Under the pieces are notes generated by a model. The model did no database searches and had not been told where the DNA came from. It saw nothing but the letters and a program-made list of their open reading frames with translations. DNA of 64,000 nucleotides. Source: Candidatus Heimdallarchaeota archaeon. Lineage in GTDB: Archaea; Asgardarchaeota; Heimdallarchaeia; Hodarchaeales; Hodarchaeaceae. Below, piece after piece: positions 48,487-62,023 of the stretch. The DNA is taken from the NCBI GenBank assembly GCA_020353515.1, contig CP070695.1:3806277-3870276 (forward strand), in the 5' to 3' direction. Numbering within the stretch: position 1 is the stretch's first letter; each line of letters starts with the position of its first letter. The translations under genes were made by a program, and so were the position numbers.

Positions 48487-50406
48487 TTATATATAACTTA
48501 ATTTTCCACCGGCAAGGAGTATTTTGCGATCACGCTCTGAAAGATCATATGAAGTTTCTATGTCAAATCTTTGGGTAACATCTCGGATGATAATGGTTTG
48601 ATTTTCTTCTAAGGCTTTACGCACTCCTTTAATCTCTAAAATATCATTTTCTTTAATTTTGTCATAATCCGCTGTGTTTGCGAAAGATAAAGGAAGAATT
48701 CCGAAGTTAATTAAGTTGTCCCGATGAATACGGGCAAAGGACTTCGTAAGGACGGTCTTTATTCCTAGATACATTGGAGCAAGTGCTGCATGTTCCCTGC
48801 TTGAACCTTGACCGTAATTCTCACCGCCAATTATGATTCCCCCGCCTTCCTCTTTACTTTCAAGAGCTCGCTCGGGGAATGTTGGATCGACCTGCTCGAA
48901 CACATGCTTACTAATTTCAGGAAGATTAGACCTTAGAGGTAGAATCTTTGCTCCTGCAGGCATGATATGATCCGTAGTGACGTTATCTTCTGTTTTAATG
49001 AGCACTTTGAATTGAAAATCGTCAGGAAGCGCTTGGAATTCTGGTAATGGGGCAATATTGGGGCCTCGGATTATCTCGACCTCTTCAGGTTTGTCAGATG
49101 GTTTAAGAATCATTGAGTCATCGATTTCAATTGATTTGGGAATTTCAATTTTTGGAAAGTCTCCTAATTTTCGGGGATCTGTGAACTCTCCAAAAACAGC
49201 GGCAGCCACAGCAACTTCTGGACTGACCAAATATGCATTTGCACTTTTTGTTCCACTTCTACCATAAAAATTCCTGTTGAAAGTACGGGCAATTGTTGCA
49301 TCTGTCTTAGGAGCAAAACCCATGCCAATGCATGGACCACAAGCAGTCTCAAGAATCCGAGCTCCTGCGGTAATCATATCAGCCAAACTACCATCTTTTG
49401 ATAATTGCATTAACACTTGACGTGATCCAGGAGAAATACCTAAAACTGTGTCTGGATGGATTTTCCGTCCTTTTAGAAGAGCTGCAGCAGTTAACATGTC
49501 TTTTAATGAACTATTAGTGCAAGATCCGATTGCTACTTGGTCTACCTTCATTCCTTCAACTTCAGATAGAGGAATAACGTCACCTGGAGAATGGGGTTTA
49601 GCAACAAGGGGTTCCAGTTCAGAAAGATTGATCTCTATTATCTCATCAAAATCATCATCGCTTCCAGCAGGAATTTCCATCCATTGATCTTCCCTTTCTT
49701 GCCATTTAAGAAACTCACGCGTGATTTCATCAGAGGGGAAAATTGATGTTGTTGCTCCAGTTTCAGCCCCCATGTTTGTAATAGTAGCTCGCTCGGGAAC
49801 TGATAGTGTTTTCACTCCTGAACCAAAGTATTCTAGGATTTTACCAACACCACCTTTTACTGATATCCTCCTGAGAACTTCTAAGATTACATCTTTGGCA
49901 GTAACATAATCTGGTAAAGATCCAGTTAGTTTGACTCCTACCATCTTCGGTGTTTTGAGATAAAATGGACCCGCACCCATTGCTACAGCAACATCAAGAC
50001 CACCAGCACCGATTGCAATTGCACCCATTCCACCAGCTGTTGGAGTATGCGAATCAGAACCAATCATTGTCTTTCCTGGTCTCGCAAAACGCTCGAGAAA
50101 AACTTGATGGCAGATACCATTACCAGGTCTAGAAAACATAATGCCATATTTTGCTGCGACTGATTGTAGATACCGATGGTCATCAGGGTTTTTAAAATCT
50201 GTTTGTAACGTATTATGATCTACAATTGACACAGATAATTCTGTCTTGACCTTATCAAGACCCATTGCTTCAAATTGAAGGTATGCCATCGTTCCAGTGG
50301 CATCTTGAGTCAGAGTATGATCAATACGAATACCAATTTCTTCTCCGATCTCAAATTTTCCCTCAACAAGATGATCTTCTAATATTTTCTTTGCTATGGA
50401 TACCAT
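48487..50406 (-). CDS. acn: Aconitate hydratase (short Aquifex-type)
   Basis: TLTQDATGTMA, DHN, GNGICHQ, GSDSHT, IGSCTNSS, CGPCIG, FNRNF, TTDHI, NYGQGSSREHA. Confidence 0.92.
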   Translation of the reverse strand: MVSIAKKILEDHLVEGKFEIGEEIGIRIDHTLTQDATGTMAYLQFEAMGLDKVKTELSVSIVDHNTLQTDFKNPDDHRYLQSVAAKYGIMFSRPGNGICHQVFLERFARPGKTMIGSDSHTPTAGGMGAIAIGAGGLDVAVAMGAGPFYLKTPKMVGVKLTGSLPDYVTAKDVILEVLRRISVKGGVGKILEYFGSGVKTLSVPERATITNMGAETGATTSIFPSDEITREFLKWQEREDQWMEIPAGSDDDFDEIIEINLSELEPLVAKPHSPGDVIPLSEVEGMKVDQVAIGSCTNSSLKDMLTAAALLKGRKIHPDTVLGISPGSRQVLMQLSKDGSLADMITAGARILETACGPCIGMGFAPKTDATIARTFNRNFYGRSGTKSANAYLVSPEVAVAAAVFGEFTDPRKLGDFPKIEIPKSIEIDDSMILKPSDKPEEVEIIRGPNIAPLPEFQALPDDFQFKVLIKTEDNVTTDHIMPAGAKILPLRSNLPEISKHVFEQVDPTFPERALESKEEGGGIIIGGENYGQGSSREHAALAPMYLGIKTVLTKSFARIHRDNLINFGILPLSFANTADYDKIKENDILEIKGVRKALEENQTIIIRDVTQRFDIETSYDLSERDRKILLAGGKLSYI

Positions 50407-50558
50407 TCACCAAACATCCTATTCTTAAAAGGTATTAAGCTGTTTTTTCAGTATTTAGCTTGATTAAAAAAAGGCTTTTACAAATTTATAAATTCTTTTT
50501 ACTAAATGATTTCCATGAACGAATTATTAGCTCTCCTCTTTCGCGTAGTTTCAATAAT

Positions 50559-53678
<3,120 letters not shown>

Positions 53679-53827
53679 TCATCAACTTTTCTCGAATATC
53701 TCATTCCCCTTTTAAAGGTTTGAATTATTATAACTTGATATATCTCTAGTATCTACCTTTTTCTGCTAAACGTTTAAAAAAAAAATCTTGAAAAATGTCC
53801 ACAATCAAGAAAGGTGGATTAAATACA

Positions 53828-54295
53828 ATGAGCAAACAGGAAAAAGTGGAATTCTACAAAGAACAAATCAACATAGAGAACACAATAGTTGAAAAGGCTG
53901 AAAAAGCAGTCCAAGGGATGGAAAATATTCTGATTCGGGAACTAATTCTTGGGATCGCTTTGGATTCAAAAAAGCATGCAGGCATGTTAAATGCATTAGT
54001 GAGTATATATACCAAACCAACTCCCTCTGTTGCCGAAGAATTCGGAGAAGATCTGAAAAAAGCTATTGCAGAGCACATTGAGCTAGAACAGCAAGCAATT
54101 GATGCTTATCAGGAACAATTAGACAACACCGATAATGAAAGTGAAAAACTCATCATCAAGGCCATCCTCAATGATGAAAAAAAGCACCACACGCTCCTCC
54201 AAACAATCCAAAAAATGATTGTTGAAAAATTAACCCTATCAGAAAATGAGCTTTGGGAGATGGTAGAAGAAAGCTTTTTTGATTTCGGGGAATAG
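53828..54295 (+). CDS. Ferritin-like (rubrerythrin-type four-helix) protein
   Basis: DSKKH and EKKHH diiron-type motifs, HIELE. Confidence 0.65.
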   Translation: MSKQEKVEFYKEQINIENTIVEKAEKAVQGMENILIRELILGIALDSKKHAGMLNALVSIYTKPTPSVAEEFGEDLKKAIAEHIELEQQAIDAYQEQLDNTDNESEKLIIKAILNDEKKHHTLLQTIQKMIVEKLTLSENELWEMVEESFFDFGE

Positions 54296-54421
54296 AAGCT
54301 TATTATACGGATTTTGGAGACCCTTTTTAGGGTTCTGATCTCCCTTTTTTTGTACAGTTATCTTAGGAATAGAAGAAAAGAAAACTCCCAATCCTTTTAG
54401 TTAAATTTGAAAAATCTGTAT

Positions 54422-56812
54422 TTAGGCAGCAGCCTTTGCTTCTTTGTGAGCAACCTCATGATTTTTACGAGCAATTTTACTCATCTCTGTGACGACATCA
54501 GCAAATTTCTTGCCCTCAGCAGCTGACATCCATTCAATGATAAAGCGCTCATCAGCGATACCTTGTTTCTTCATCCAGCGACGAATCTTTCTCTCACGCT
54601 TCAATGCCCAATCGTTTCCAGAGATATAATGACAGTCTTGAGGATGACACCCAGTCAGCATTACAGCACCTGCACCTCGTTCAAAAGCCCGCTTGATGAA
54701 GTCAACATCGACACGTCCAGAACACATAGTCCTAACTATACGGGAATTGGTTGGATACTGAATTCGGCTTGTTCCAGCAAGATCAGCGCCTCCATACGAG
54801 CACCAATTGCAAGCGAAGATCATCACCTTCTCTGAAGCGTTATCTCTTAGGGCAATGTCTACTTGTCGAAGGATCATCGCGTCAGTAAAGTTAGTCATGG
54901 TAATGCAGTCTTTTGGACAATCTGCGGCACAGGTTCCGCATCCTTTACACAAGATGGGGTTGACATGAGCTGGAGTCTTTTTCTTCGTATCCACACTAAT
55001 AGCATTGTATGGGCAACGTTTTGCACATGTTCCACAGGAATTGCACAGTTCGGTATCTACATAGGCAAACAGGGGTTCAACACTAAACTCTCCTTTAGTA
55101 AGTAATCGTGTAACTCTTCCTGCTGAAGCACTAGCCTGAGTAACACACTCACGAATGTCTTTTGGAGCTTCTGCCCCGCCAGCAATGAATACACCATCAG
55201 TTGGAGTATCAACGGGTTTTAATTTGGGGTGAGCTTCAATATAGAACCCTTTAGGATCTCTTGAGACAGGAAATGGTATGGGATATGCAGAACCTTCCGC
55301 CCCAACAGAAAGTACAACTAGATCGAATTCTTTAGTAAGAAGTTTTCCTGACCGAGTATCTTCTACAGATACAAAGAGATTATTATCTCCAGGATTCTCT
55401 TCTATCAAACTTGGACGTCCACGGATATAATGAACTCCTTCCTCTCTAGAACGAGTGTAAAGCTCCTCAAAACCTTTACCAAAGGCTCTAATGTCCATAT
55501 AGAAAACAGAAATATCTACTTCAGGCCAGTGTTCTTTGATGAGTAGACTATCTTTTATAACTTCCATGCAGCAGAAATTACTACAGTATGGGTTGAATCG
55601 AACGTCTCGTGATCCGACACAATTGATAAATGCGACACTTTTAGGAGGTTTAAGGTCACTGGGCCTAACAAGTTCTCCCGAGGTAGGACCAGCAGCATTA
55701 ATCAAACGTTCAAATTCGAAAGTTGTTACAACATTAGGATACTGTCCCCATCCGTATTCAGGGATCTTAGAGGCATCAAAAATCTCAAAACCCGTTGCTA
55801 CAATTATTGAACCAACTTTATAGGTATATGTCTTTTCAGTATCCTCGTAATTAATAGCTTCTTTATCACATGTGCCAGCACACTTTCCACATGCTAAAGG
55901 GGAAAGTCCAAGGCAGTTATCGGTATCTATCAAGTAAGCTGCTGGGACAGACTGTGGATATGGAATATATATTGCTTTTCTCCAACCTAGATTACCAGAA
56001 TACTCGTCAATGACGTTTACAGGACAGATATCTATGCAATCATTACATGCTGTACAAAGATCCTCGTCAACATAGCGTGCTTGCTTCTTAATTGTAACCT
56101 CAAAATTCCCCACATATCCTTCAATATTTGTTACTTCTGCACTTGCAATTAAATCGATATTCTGGTGATTACCCACATCAGCCATTTTTGGACCAAGGAT
56201 ACAAATAGAACAATCCATTGTAGGAAATGTTTTGTCAATTAAAGCCATTTTTCCGCCAATCGTCGGACTTTTCTCAACCATGACGACTTGATAATCATCA
56301 GCTAAGTCTAACGCTGCCTGAATCCCAGCTACTCCTCCACCGATGATCAATACCCTTTTCTCAACAGGAACTACGATTTCGTCAACAGCCTCGAGTAACT
56401 CGGCCTTGGCTATTGCCATTTCAGTTAATTCTTTTGCTTTTAAGGTCGCTTCTTCTTTCTCATGAAGATGTACCCAAGAGCAATGTTCTCTGATATTAGC
56501 AACCTCGACTACTTCTGGGTTCATTCCAACACGTTTTAACAGGTTTTTCCATGTTGGAAGATGTAATCTTGGGGAACAGGCTGATACAACTATTTTTTCT
56601 ATTCCTTGTTCTTTAATTGCTTCCTCAATTTCAACTTGTCCTGGATCTGAACAAGTATAGGTGTTTACCTGAACGAGTTTTACTCCTGGTAACTGCTCTG
56701 CTTCTTTAGCTATTTCATCGATATCAACGGTACCACCAATATTCTTCCCACATTTACAGAGAAAAACACCAATTTTAGATTCTTCAGTTGGTTGATCTAC
56801 ACTTTCAGTCAT
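54422..56812 (-). CDS. hdrA: Heterodisulfide reductase subunit A fused to MvhD (HdrA-MvhD)
   Basis: CKCGKNI/YTCS/ACSP/NIREHCSWVH N-terminal cluster; IGGGVAG FAD; KTFPTMDCSIC; CVGSRD, CSNFCC; four ferredoxin-type motifs; C-terminal MvhD FACNWCSY..MCSGRV..GCHPQDCHYISGN. Confidence 0.93.
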   Translation of the reverse strand: MTESVDQPTEESKIGVFLCKCGKNIGGTVDIDEIAKEAEQLPGVKLVQVNTYTCSDPGQVEIEEAIKEQGIEKIVVSACSPRLHLPTWKNLLKRVGMNPEVVEVANIREHCSWVHLHEKEEATLKAKELTEMAIAKAELLEAVDEIVVPVEKRVLIIGGGVAGIQAALDLADDYQVVMVEKSPTIGGKMALIDKTFPTMDCSICILGPKMADVGNHQNIDLIASAEVTNIEGYVGNFEVTIKKQARYVDEDLCTACNDCIDICPVNVIDEYSGNLGWRKAIYIPYPQSVPAAYLIDTDNCLGLSPLACGKCAGTCDKEAINYEDTEKTYTYKVGSIIVATGFEIFDASKIPEYGWGQYPNVVTTFEFERLINAAGPTSGELVRPSDLKPPKSVAFINCVGSRDVRFNPYCSNFCCMEVIKDSLLIKEHWPEVDISVFYMDIRAFGKGFEELYTRSREEGVHYIRGRPSLIEENPGDNNLFVSVEDTRSGKLLTKEFDLVVLSVGAEGSAYPIPFPVSRDPKGFYIEAHPKLKPVDTPTDGVFIAGGAEAPKDIRECVTQASASAGRVTRLLTKGEFSVEPLFAYVDTELCNSCGTCAKRCPYNAISVDTKKKTPAHVNPILCKGCGTCAADCPKDCITMTNFTDAMILRQVDIALRDNASEKVMIFACNWCSYGGADLAGTSRIQYPTNSRIVRTMCSGRVDVDFIKRAFERGAGAVMLTGCHPQDCHYISGNDWALKRERKIRRWMKKQGIADERFIIEWMSAAEGKKFADVVTEMSKIARKNHEVAHKEAKAAA

Positions 56813-56830
56813 TGTTATCACTTAATATCA

Positions 56831-57700
56831 TTATTTCTTCTTTTGAGCCACATCTCGAAGATGTTGAACCTTCTGACTAAAACCCTCCCTTGGCGCATCA
56901 ACAAACTCCCCGCAGATTATCTTCCCCTGTTTGAAGTCAAATGTAGCTTCATGAGGTGGCCAATCAGTTTTTATCCTCACTTGATTTTTTATCCAGTCTA
57001 ACATCTGGACAGCGTCACCGAGCTTGTTCTTGCGACCGTATTGGGTGAAACATGGAGCAAGCACTTCGATGAAGCTAAATCCTGGATTATCAAATGATTT
57101 TAAAATGCTGTTTCTTAATCTGATAGTGTCATATCCAGGCCAACGGGCAACATAACTTGCCCCTGAAGCTGCTGCTAATGAAACTAAATTGAATGGAGGT
57201 TCAATATTCCCATAAGGAGTGGTTGTTGTGAAGTCACCTATCTGAGTGGTCGGAGCACATTGACCTCCAGTCATCCCATAGACATTGTTATTTATACACA
57301 GAACGGTTATTTCTACATTTCTTCTACAGGCATGGATGAAATGATTCCCACCAATGGCAAAAAGATCTCCGTCTCCTGAAAGAACAACTACTTCAAGATT
57401 AGGATTTGCCAGTTTCAACCCTGTAGCAAAGGGAATAGCTCTCCCATGCGTTGTGTGAAAAGCAGGAGAATTAAAACATCCACTAGATCGGCCAGTGCAA
57501 CCAATACCTGAAACCACTGCATAATCTTTAGATGTGAGACCTCTTTCTGCAAAACAGCTAGTTATAGATGTTATTGCTGATCCGATCAGACAACCAGGAC
57601 AAAAGATAAATCGATGTAAGTTTAACCTTTCATGTAAGGGATGATCCTCAGGGATCTCGTCAGAACTTTTTGGAGCTGGAATTTTATCTGTTGTTGTCAT
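56831..57700 (-). CDS. korB: 2-oxoacid:ferredoxin oxidoreductase beta subunit (2-oxoglutarate-type)
   Basis: FCPGC, VSGIGC, HTTHGRA, SGDGD (TPP), NNNVYGMTGGQ. Confidence 0.85.
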   Translation of the reverse strand: MTTTDKIPAPKSSDEIPEDHPLHERLNLHRFIFCPGCLIGSAITSITSCFAERGLTSKDYAVVSGIGCTGRSSGCFNSPAFHTTHGRAIPFATGLKLANPNLEVVVLSGDGDLFAIGGNHFIHACRRNVEITVLCINNNVYGMTGGQCAPTTQIGDFTTTTPYGNIEPPFNLVSLAAASGASYVARWPGYDTIRLRNSILKSFDNPGFSFIEVLAPCFTQYGRKNKLGDAVQMLDWIKNQVRIKTDWPPHEATFDFKQGKIICGEFVDAPREGFSQKVQHLRDVAQKKK

Positions 57701-57702
57701 AT

Positions 57703-58857
57703 TTAAACCTCCTTTAGCAACTCCTCATAAATAAACCGTGGACTGAAGGGAATGGTTGTTGGTACTAAACTACCAGTTACTTCAAATCCAAGATGTCGGA
57801 ATCGTTCAACTTCTCGGATCACTTGACCATAATTCATTTCGCTAACAATCACTTTTTTCAAGCCAAGCTGACCTAATTTTTCCATGAGTTTTTCGGGAAA
57901 AGGCCACAACGTTCTTAATCTCACTAAACCGACCTTATGGCCTTCTTTGCGTGCACGTTCAACTGCCTCGGGAACGCCTCTTGAATTAATACCATAAGAT
58001 AAAATAACCGTCTCGGCATCATCTAAATGTTGTTCCTCCCATGGGACGTATTCATTAATCGCAACGCTCGCGTTTCTAATCTTATCACAAAGACGTGTAA
58101 TAAGCTTTATCGCTCTCTCTGGAGTCATATCTGGACTTCCAGTGTCATCATGAGTCAACCCTGTTACATAAAAGTTATATTCTGTTCCAGCTGTAGCCAT
58201 ACCTGGAACCAAGTCCTCATCGAGAACTTCAAATGGTTTGTATTCCTCTGGAGGAACTTGGGGAGGTTTTCGGTTGATAACTTCAAAATTTGAGTGATAC
58301 CTTACAGGTTCCATCATTTGACCTACTATGCCATCTGATGCAATAATAACTGGTGTTCGATACTTCTCAGCTAAATTAAAACCATATATAGAGAAATCGT
58401 AACATTCTTGAACTGTACCTGGAGCAAGAACGATCATCTCATAATCCCCATGTGAAAGGTATCGTGTTTGCATAACATCAGATTGTGAGGCTTTAGTAGG
58501 TTGTCCAGTGCTAGGTCCCCCTCGCATCACAGTGATAACTACCATAGGTGCTTCCAACATGAATCCTAAACCAATAGTTTCCGCCATTAAGGACAATCCA
58601 GGACCAGATGTCGCAGTCATTGCTTTAACACCAGCGTAGGAAGCTCCTACTACCGAAACAATCGAAGCTAGTTCATCTTCCATTTGGATGAAGGTACCAC
58701 CAACTTGAGGAAGACGTCTTGACATATAATGGGCAATTTCTGAGGATGGAGTAATGGGATACCCTCCAAAGTAGCGGCAGCCAACCGCAATAGCTCCTTC
58801 AGCACTCGCATAATTTCCAGTAGTAAGTACTAGCTTTCCATTATTATCACTACTCAT
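57703..58857 (-). CDS. korA: 2-oxoacid:ferredoxin oxidoreductase alpha subunit (no fused gamma domain)
   Basis: GYPITPSSE, QMEDE, TATSGPG, RGGPSTG, HGDY, TGLTHD, EMNYGQ. Confidence 0.88.
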   Translation of the reverse strand: MSSDNNGKLVLTTGNYASAEGAIAVGCRYFGGYPITPSSEIAHYMSRRLPQVGGTFIQMEDELASIVSVVGASYAGVKAMTATSGPGLSLMAETIGLGFMLEAPMVVITVMRGGPSTGQPTKASQSDVMQTRYLSHGDYEMIVLAPGTVQECYDFSIYGFNLAEKYRTPVIIASDGIVGQMMEPVRYHSNFEVINRKPPQVPPEEYKPFEVLDEDLVPGMATAGTEYNFYVTGLTHDDTGSPDMTPERAIKLITRLCDKIRNASVAINEYVPWEEQHLDDAETVILSYGINSRGVPEAVERARKEGHKVGLVRLRTLWPFPEKLMEKLGQLGLKKVIVSEMNYGQVIREVERFRHLGFEVTGSLVPTTIPFSPRFIYEELLKEV

Positions 58858-59138
58858 GAACTCTCCTCCTGTAGTAATTGTATCTCAGTTACAAATATTG
58901 AGACAGAGGGGCAGATCCGCTCACACTGTTGACACCCTACACATTCATCTGGCTTAACAGCAATCGCAGGGTGTAACATTCTTGAGTTGTATGCCTCCAT
59001 ATCGATCTCCAATACGTCTGTTGGACAGAACTCCACACATAATTCACATCCATCACACTGTTCAGGTAGTATCGTCACGACATACTCCTTATCAGTAGTT
59101 GGAGGAGGTAATATGGGCTTCCGTTGGCTTCTTAACAT
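58854..59138 (-). CDS. korD: 2x[4Fe-4S] ferredoxin, OFOR delta subunit
   Basis: CDGCELCVEFCP and CVGCQQCERICP; stop overlaps korA start. Confidence 0.85.
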   Translation of the reverse strand: MLRSQRKPILPPPTTDKEYVVTILPEQCDGCELCVEFCPTDVLEIDMEAYNSRMLHPAIAVKPDECVGCQQCERICPSVSIFVTEIQLLQEESS

Positions 59139-59707
59139 TTTCTTTCCTCTTTGTGAAGTTTAGACTTCCAATCAATATTTTTCTTAGTTGTGCTTCAATT
59201 TAATGACTAGGCTTTTAACTTTGTTTTCTATTTCGCTGATTCGTTTTCACTTTATAGTTACTTCTTAATCATAAGATCTGATAACTAAAATCACTAATTA
59301 GCGAACCTTGTGTAATTTTTCAATTGTTAACTATTAAAGATGAGATATTTTCTAATAATAACAACAAAAGATTTATCTGACTTGTAAAGATTCTTAGTCA
59401 ATCTTTTTAAGCAGATGCTAGCAATAAGACTGATTACTTAATCTAGTATCTTGACGATCTATTCAAGGATTCTTTGATTCAATAGGTAGAGTAATATCTC
59501 CAACTATTCCGATACATAATAGCTGATGATTATTTATAATAATTATTCTACGCAGGTCAAAATTAAACAATTGTTATGTGTGAAAATAATACCATTCTAT
59601 CTAATGGTAGATCCTGCTTCAAAATATAATATAGATTGTAGCAAGTAAAAGTAATAATAATGAAATTATTCTTGATTCAAAAATTGAAAAAAAAAAAGGG
59701 AGTATCT

Positions 59708-60250
59708 CTATTTTAGGATTGGATATTTCTCTACGAAAGAAAGTTTTGACCATTTTTCGCCTAAGCCAAGGTAATTCCCAACTGGCACTATAATGAATAA
59801 TAATAGTACTAGAATATAGATAATGTGTTCATCGATTAAAGGATTAAATACCATAGTACCTTGAGCTGGAGCAATTATCCACTCCGAGAGGTATACTGAA
59901 GATAGAAAGATTATTGTAGAAATACTTGATAGTCTTACAAGTACACCAGACATGAGTCCAACACCAGCGAACAGCAACATTCCCATATAAGCAATATCTA
60001 CTAGTTGATATGCATTCCCTAAGGTGTCGGAGAAGAGGAAGGCGAATGGGCTATTCTGGTTTACACCATAAAACTGCAAAAATCCTTGTGTAGGAGATGC
60101 ACCAGCAAGCCACGAGTTTTCAGGTGCTGTAGCAAACCTTAAACCGAACATTTTATCTAAGAATGGCCAAAGGAACACAAAACCCATCGCTATTCTTATT
60201 ATACCAAGAGTTTTTTGATCAAGATTATATTTTTCGAACTTAGAATTCAA
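59708..60250 (-). CDS. DoxX/DoxD-like membrane protein
   Basis: RIAMGFVFLWPFLDKMFG..SW..G.SPT.GFL, NPLIDEHIIY; TTG 60250 preferred. Confidence 0.7.
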   Translation of the reverse strand: MNSKFEKYNLDQKTLGIIRIAMGFVFLWPFLDKMFGLRFATAPENSWLAGASPTQGFLQFYGVNQNSPFAFLFSDTLGNAYQLVDIAYMGMLLFAGVGLMSGVLVRLSSISTIIFLSSVYLSEWIIAPAQGTMVFNPLIDEHIIYILVLLLFIIVPVGNYLGLGEKWSKLSFVEKYPILK

Positions 60251-60282
60251 TTCTTTTCCCTCTATGATTAGTTTGATTCTAA

Positions 60283-60296
60283 TTAACAATTGTTAA
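60283..60296. promoter_or_regulatory. Perfect 14-bp palindrome TTAACAATTGTTAA in a divergent promoter region (candidate operator)
   Basis: Read directly; one-mismatch copy at 27586-27599. Confidence 0.35.
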
Positions 60297-60372
60297 ACTA
60301 GATATATTATCTTTAGGTTTTGTTTTTCGGAACCCTTATTATTGAGATTATTTGTTTAATTATTTGGATATA

Positions 60373-61035
60373 ATGAAAAGAAAAGAACATGAATCGCTTT
60401 TAGTTGTAAAAAAAAGTAAATTTCTATTTTCAATTACATTCACTTTCGTACTTCCAATCTGTACCGTGTTCTCTCCACTTCCATTGTTAATTTTCAATAT
60501 CCTTTATTTTCCTTTTACTCTAGCTCATGAAGTAGGACATTTCGTTGTAATAAAATTAGTTTTACCATCATTGGATCCTCATTTAAAGTTCTATATTTCC
60601 AATGGAGAATTTTGTTGTGCATGTTTAACTACTAATGAATTTCCTCACTGTTGGCAATCTATTATTGCCATGTTTGCTGGATCTACTTCAGTAATCACTT
60701 TAGCAATTCTAGGTTCATTGTTTTGGATGAAATCGGGGAGTTTAAATGATACAGGAAAGTATTATCTTACTTTTGGCGTATTAGCTGATCTTCCCAACCT
60801 TTTACCTATTTTACCCTCTACTTTAAGGTTTGTTAACGATGGTTTTGCAATAAATTCTTATCTCTGCCAGATGGGATATTCATTCTCCTTATCAAATAAG
60901 ATATCATATCTTTTTTCAGTAATCTCGATTCTAATGGTTCTAACATCCTTCTTCTTCCTTGGGATGTTTCTTTACCGCTTAGGTGAACATCTAGTAACTA
61001 AATTCGAAAAAGGAGAAATGAATGAATCAATTTGA
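60373..61035 (+). CDS. Membrane protein with HExxH motif (M50-like metallopeptidase)
   Basis: TLAHEVGH within a TM region, FAGS, NDG. Confidence 0.55.
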   Translation: MKRKEHESLLVVKKSKFLFSITFTFVLPICTVFSPLPLLIFNILYFPFTLAHEVGHFVVIKLVLPSLDPHLKFYISNGEFCCACLTTNEFPHCWQSIIAMFAGSTSVITLAILGSLFWMKSGSLNDTGKYYLTFGVLADLPNLLPILPSTLRFVNDGFAINSYLCQMGYSFSLSNKISYLFSVISILMVLTSFFFLGMFLYRLGEHLVTKFEKGEMNESI

Positions 61036-61050
61036 TTACTCATAACTATA

Positions 61051-61788
61051 TCAGTTTTTGCTAAGAATATCTATTTTCAAAAGGTTTTCAGGAGGTTCTT
61101 GCGCATTAATAGACCAATCATACTTTATATATTTGATTCTCGCCTTTTTGTAGGTTTCAATGATTGACTTTTCAGCGTCCTGTAGATATTTCAATATGAA
61201 TCCTTTCACTCCACCCTGAATCTCAAAATCTTTCGTATACCACTTGAATATAGGATTTAAATATAAAATATCCTTCTCTGTATCTAAGAAGACATGATCC
61301 TTATCATTAATGAAACTTAATGTAAGTGAATCCAAAAATTTATCTAAAGTTTCTGGATCGAAAAGTCTCTTAGGTAAATTGGGACACGATTTTGAAGCAC
61401 AATTGATTGCAAAGTGAATTCTGGGATCTTTGAAACGTTTCCGTAAGATTTTATTCTCTAGATTACGTAAATTGATTTTTTTTCCTGCCACATTGAATCT
61501 TCTTAAAAAGAAGAATCTTATTTTATTGAAGAGAGAAAGATTCCCTTTCCAGTTTGGATTTCGCTCTAATTCTATATATACTCCTTTAATCGTAAGTATA
61601 TTGTAAGCATTTAACCAAAATGCGAACTCTTCGTTCTGATTCATGTTATGTAAGTCTGCTGTTTTCAGGTGTTGAACTTGATCAATTAACCATTCGTCTT
61701 TCTTTAACTTTTCATAGTTTACGAGACCATTACTATCTATATATGGTTTAAGGGCACTTAAATGGTCAAAAGGAGTTGTAGAGGACAT
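61051..61788 (-). CDS. DUF547 domain-containing protein
   Basis: AFWLNAYN, LENKILR, DPRIHFAINCASKSCP, IFKWYTKDF, YDWSIN. Confidence 0.88.
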   Translation of the reverse strand: MSSTTPFDHLSALKPYIDSNGLVNYEKLKKDEWLIDQVQHLKTADLHNMNQNEEFAFWLNAYNILTIKGVYIELERNPNWKGNLSLFNKIRFFFLRRFNVAGKKINLRNLENKILRKRFKDPRIHFAINCASKSCPNLPKRLFDPETLDKFLDSLTLSFINDKDHVFLDTEKDILYLNPIFKWYTKDFEIQGGVKGFILKYLQDAEKSIIETYKKARIKYIKYDWSINAQEPPENLLKIDILSKN

Positions 61789-62023
61789 TGATACTCAGAT
61801 ATTACTTGAGAAAATTCCAATTATAAGGAATTCTAGAAAAAATTCAAAATCTTGGTTATTAAAAATAATAATGGGTTTGGATGTGGGTTTTTATGTTCGA
61901 AAAAAGAACAAACATACAAAATAAATAATCTTGAACCAATATAGAATGTTCAGAAATCAACAGTTTTGGACTATAAACAAAAATTTGATTCAATATCTGT
62001 AATAAAAGATAGAGTTGAAAGTT

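Noticed and set aside
54422-56812. Selenocysteine in HdrA/MvhD
   Set aside because: The frame is uninterrupted and all ligand positions are Cys.
59139-59707. Long AT-rich intergenic region as an ncRNA, CRISPR array or the missing korC
   Set aside because: No direct repeats with spacers, no stable GC-rich stems and no gamma-subunit-like frame could be recognised.
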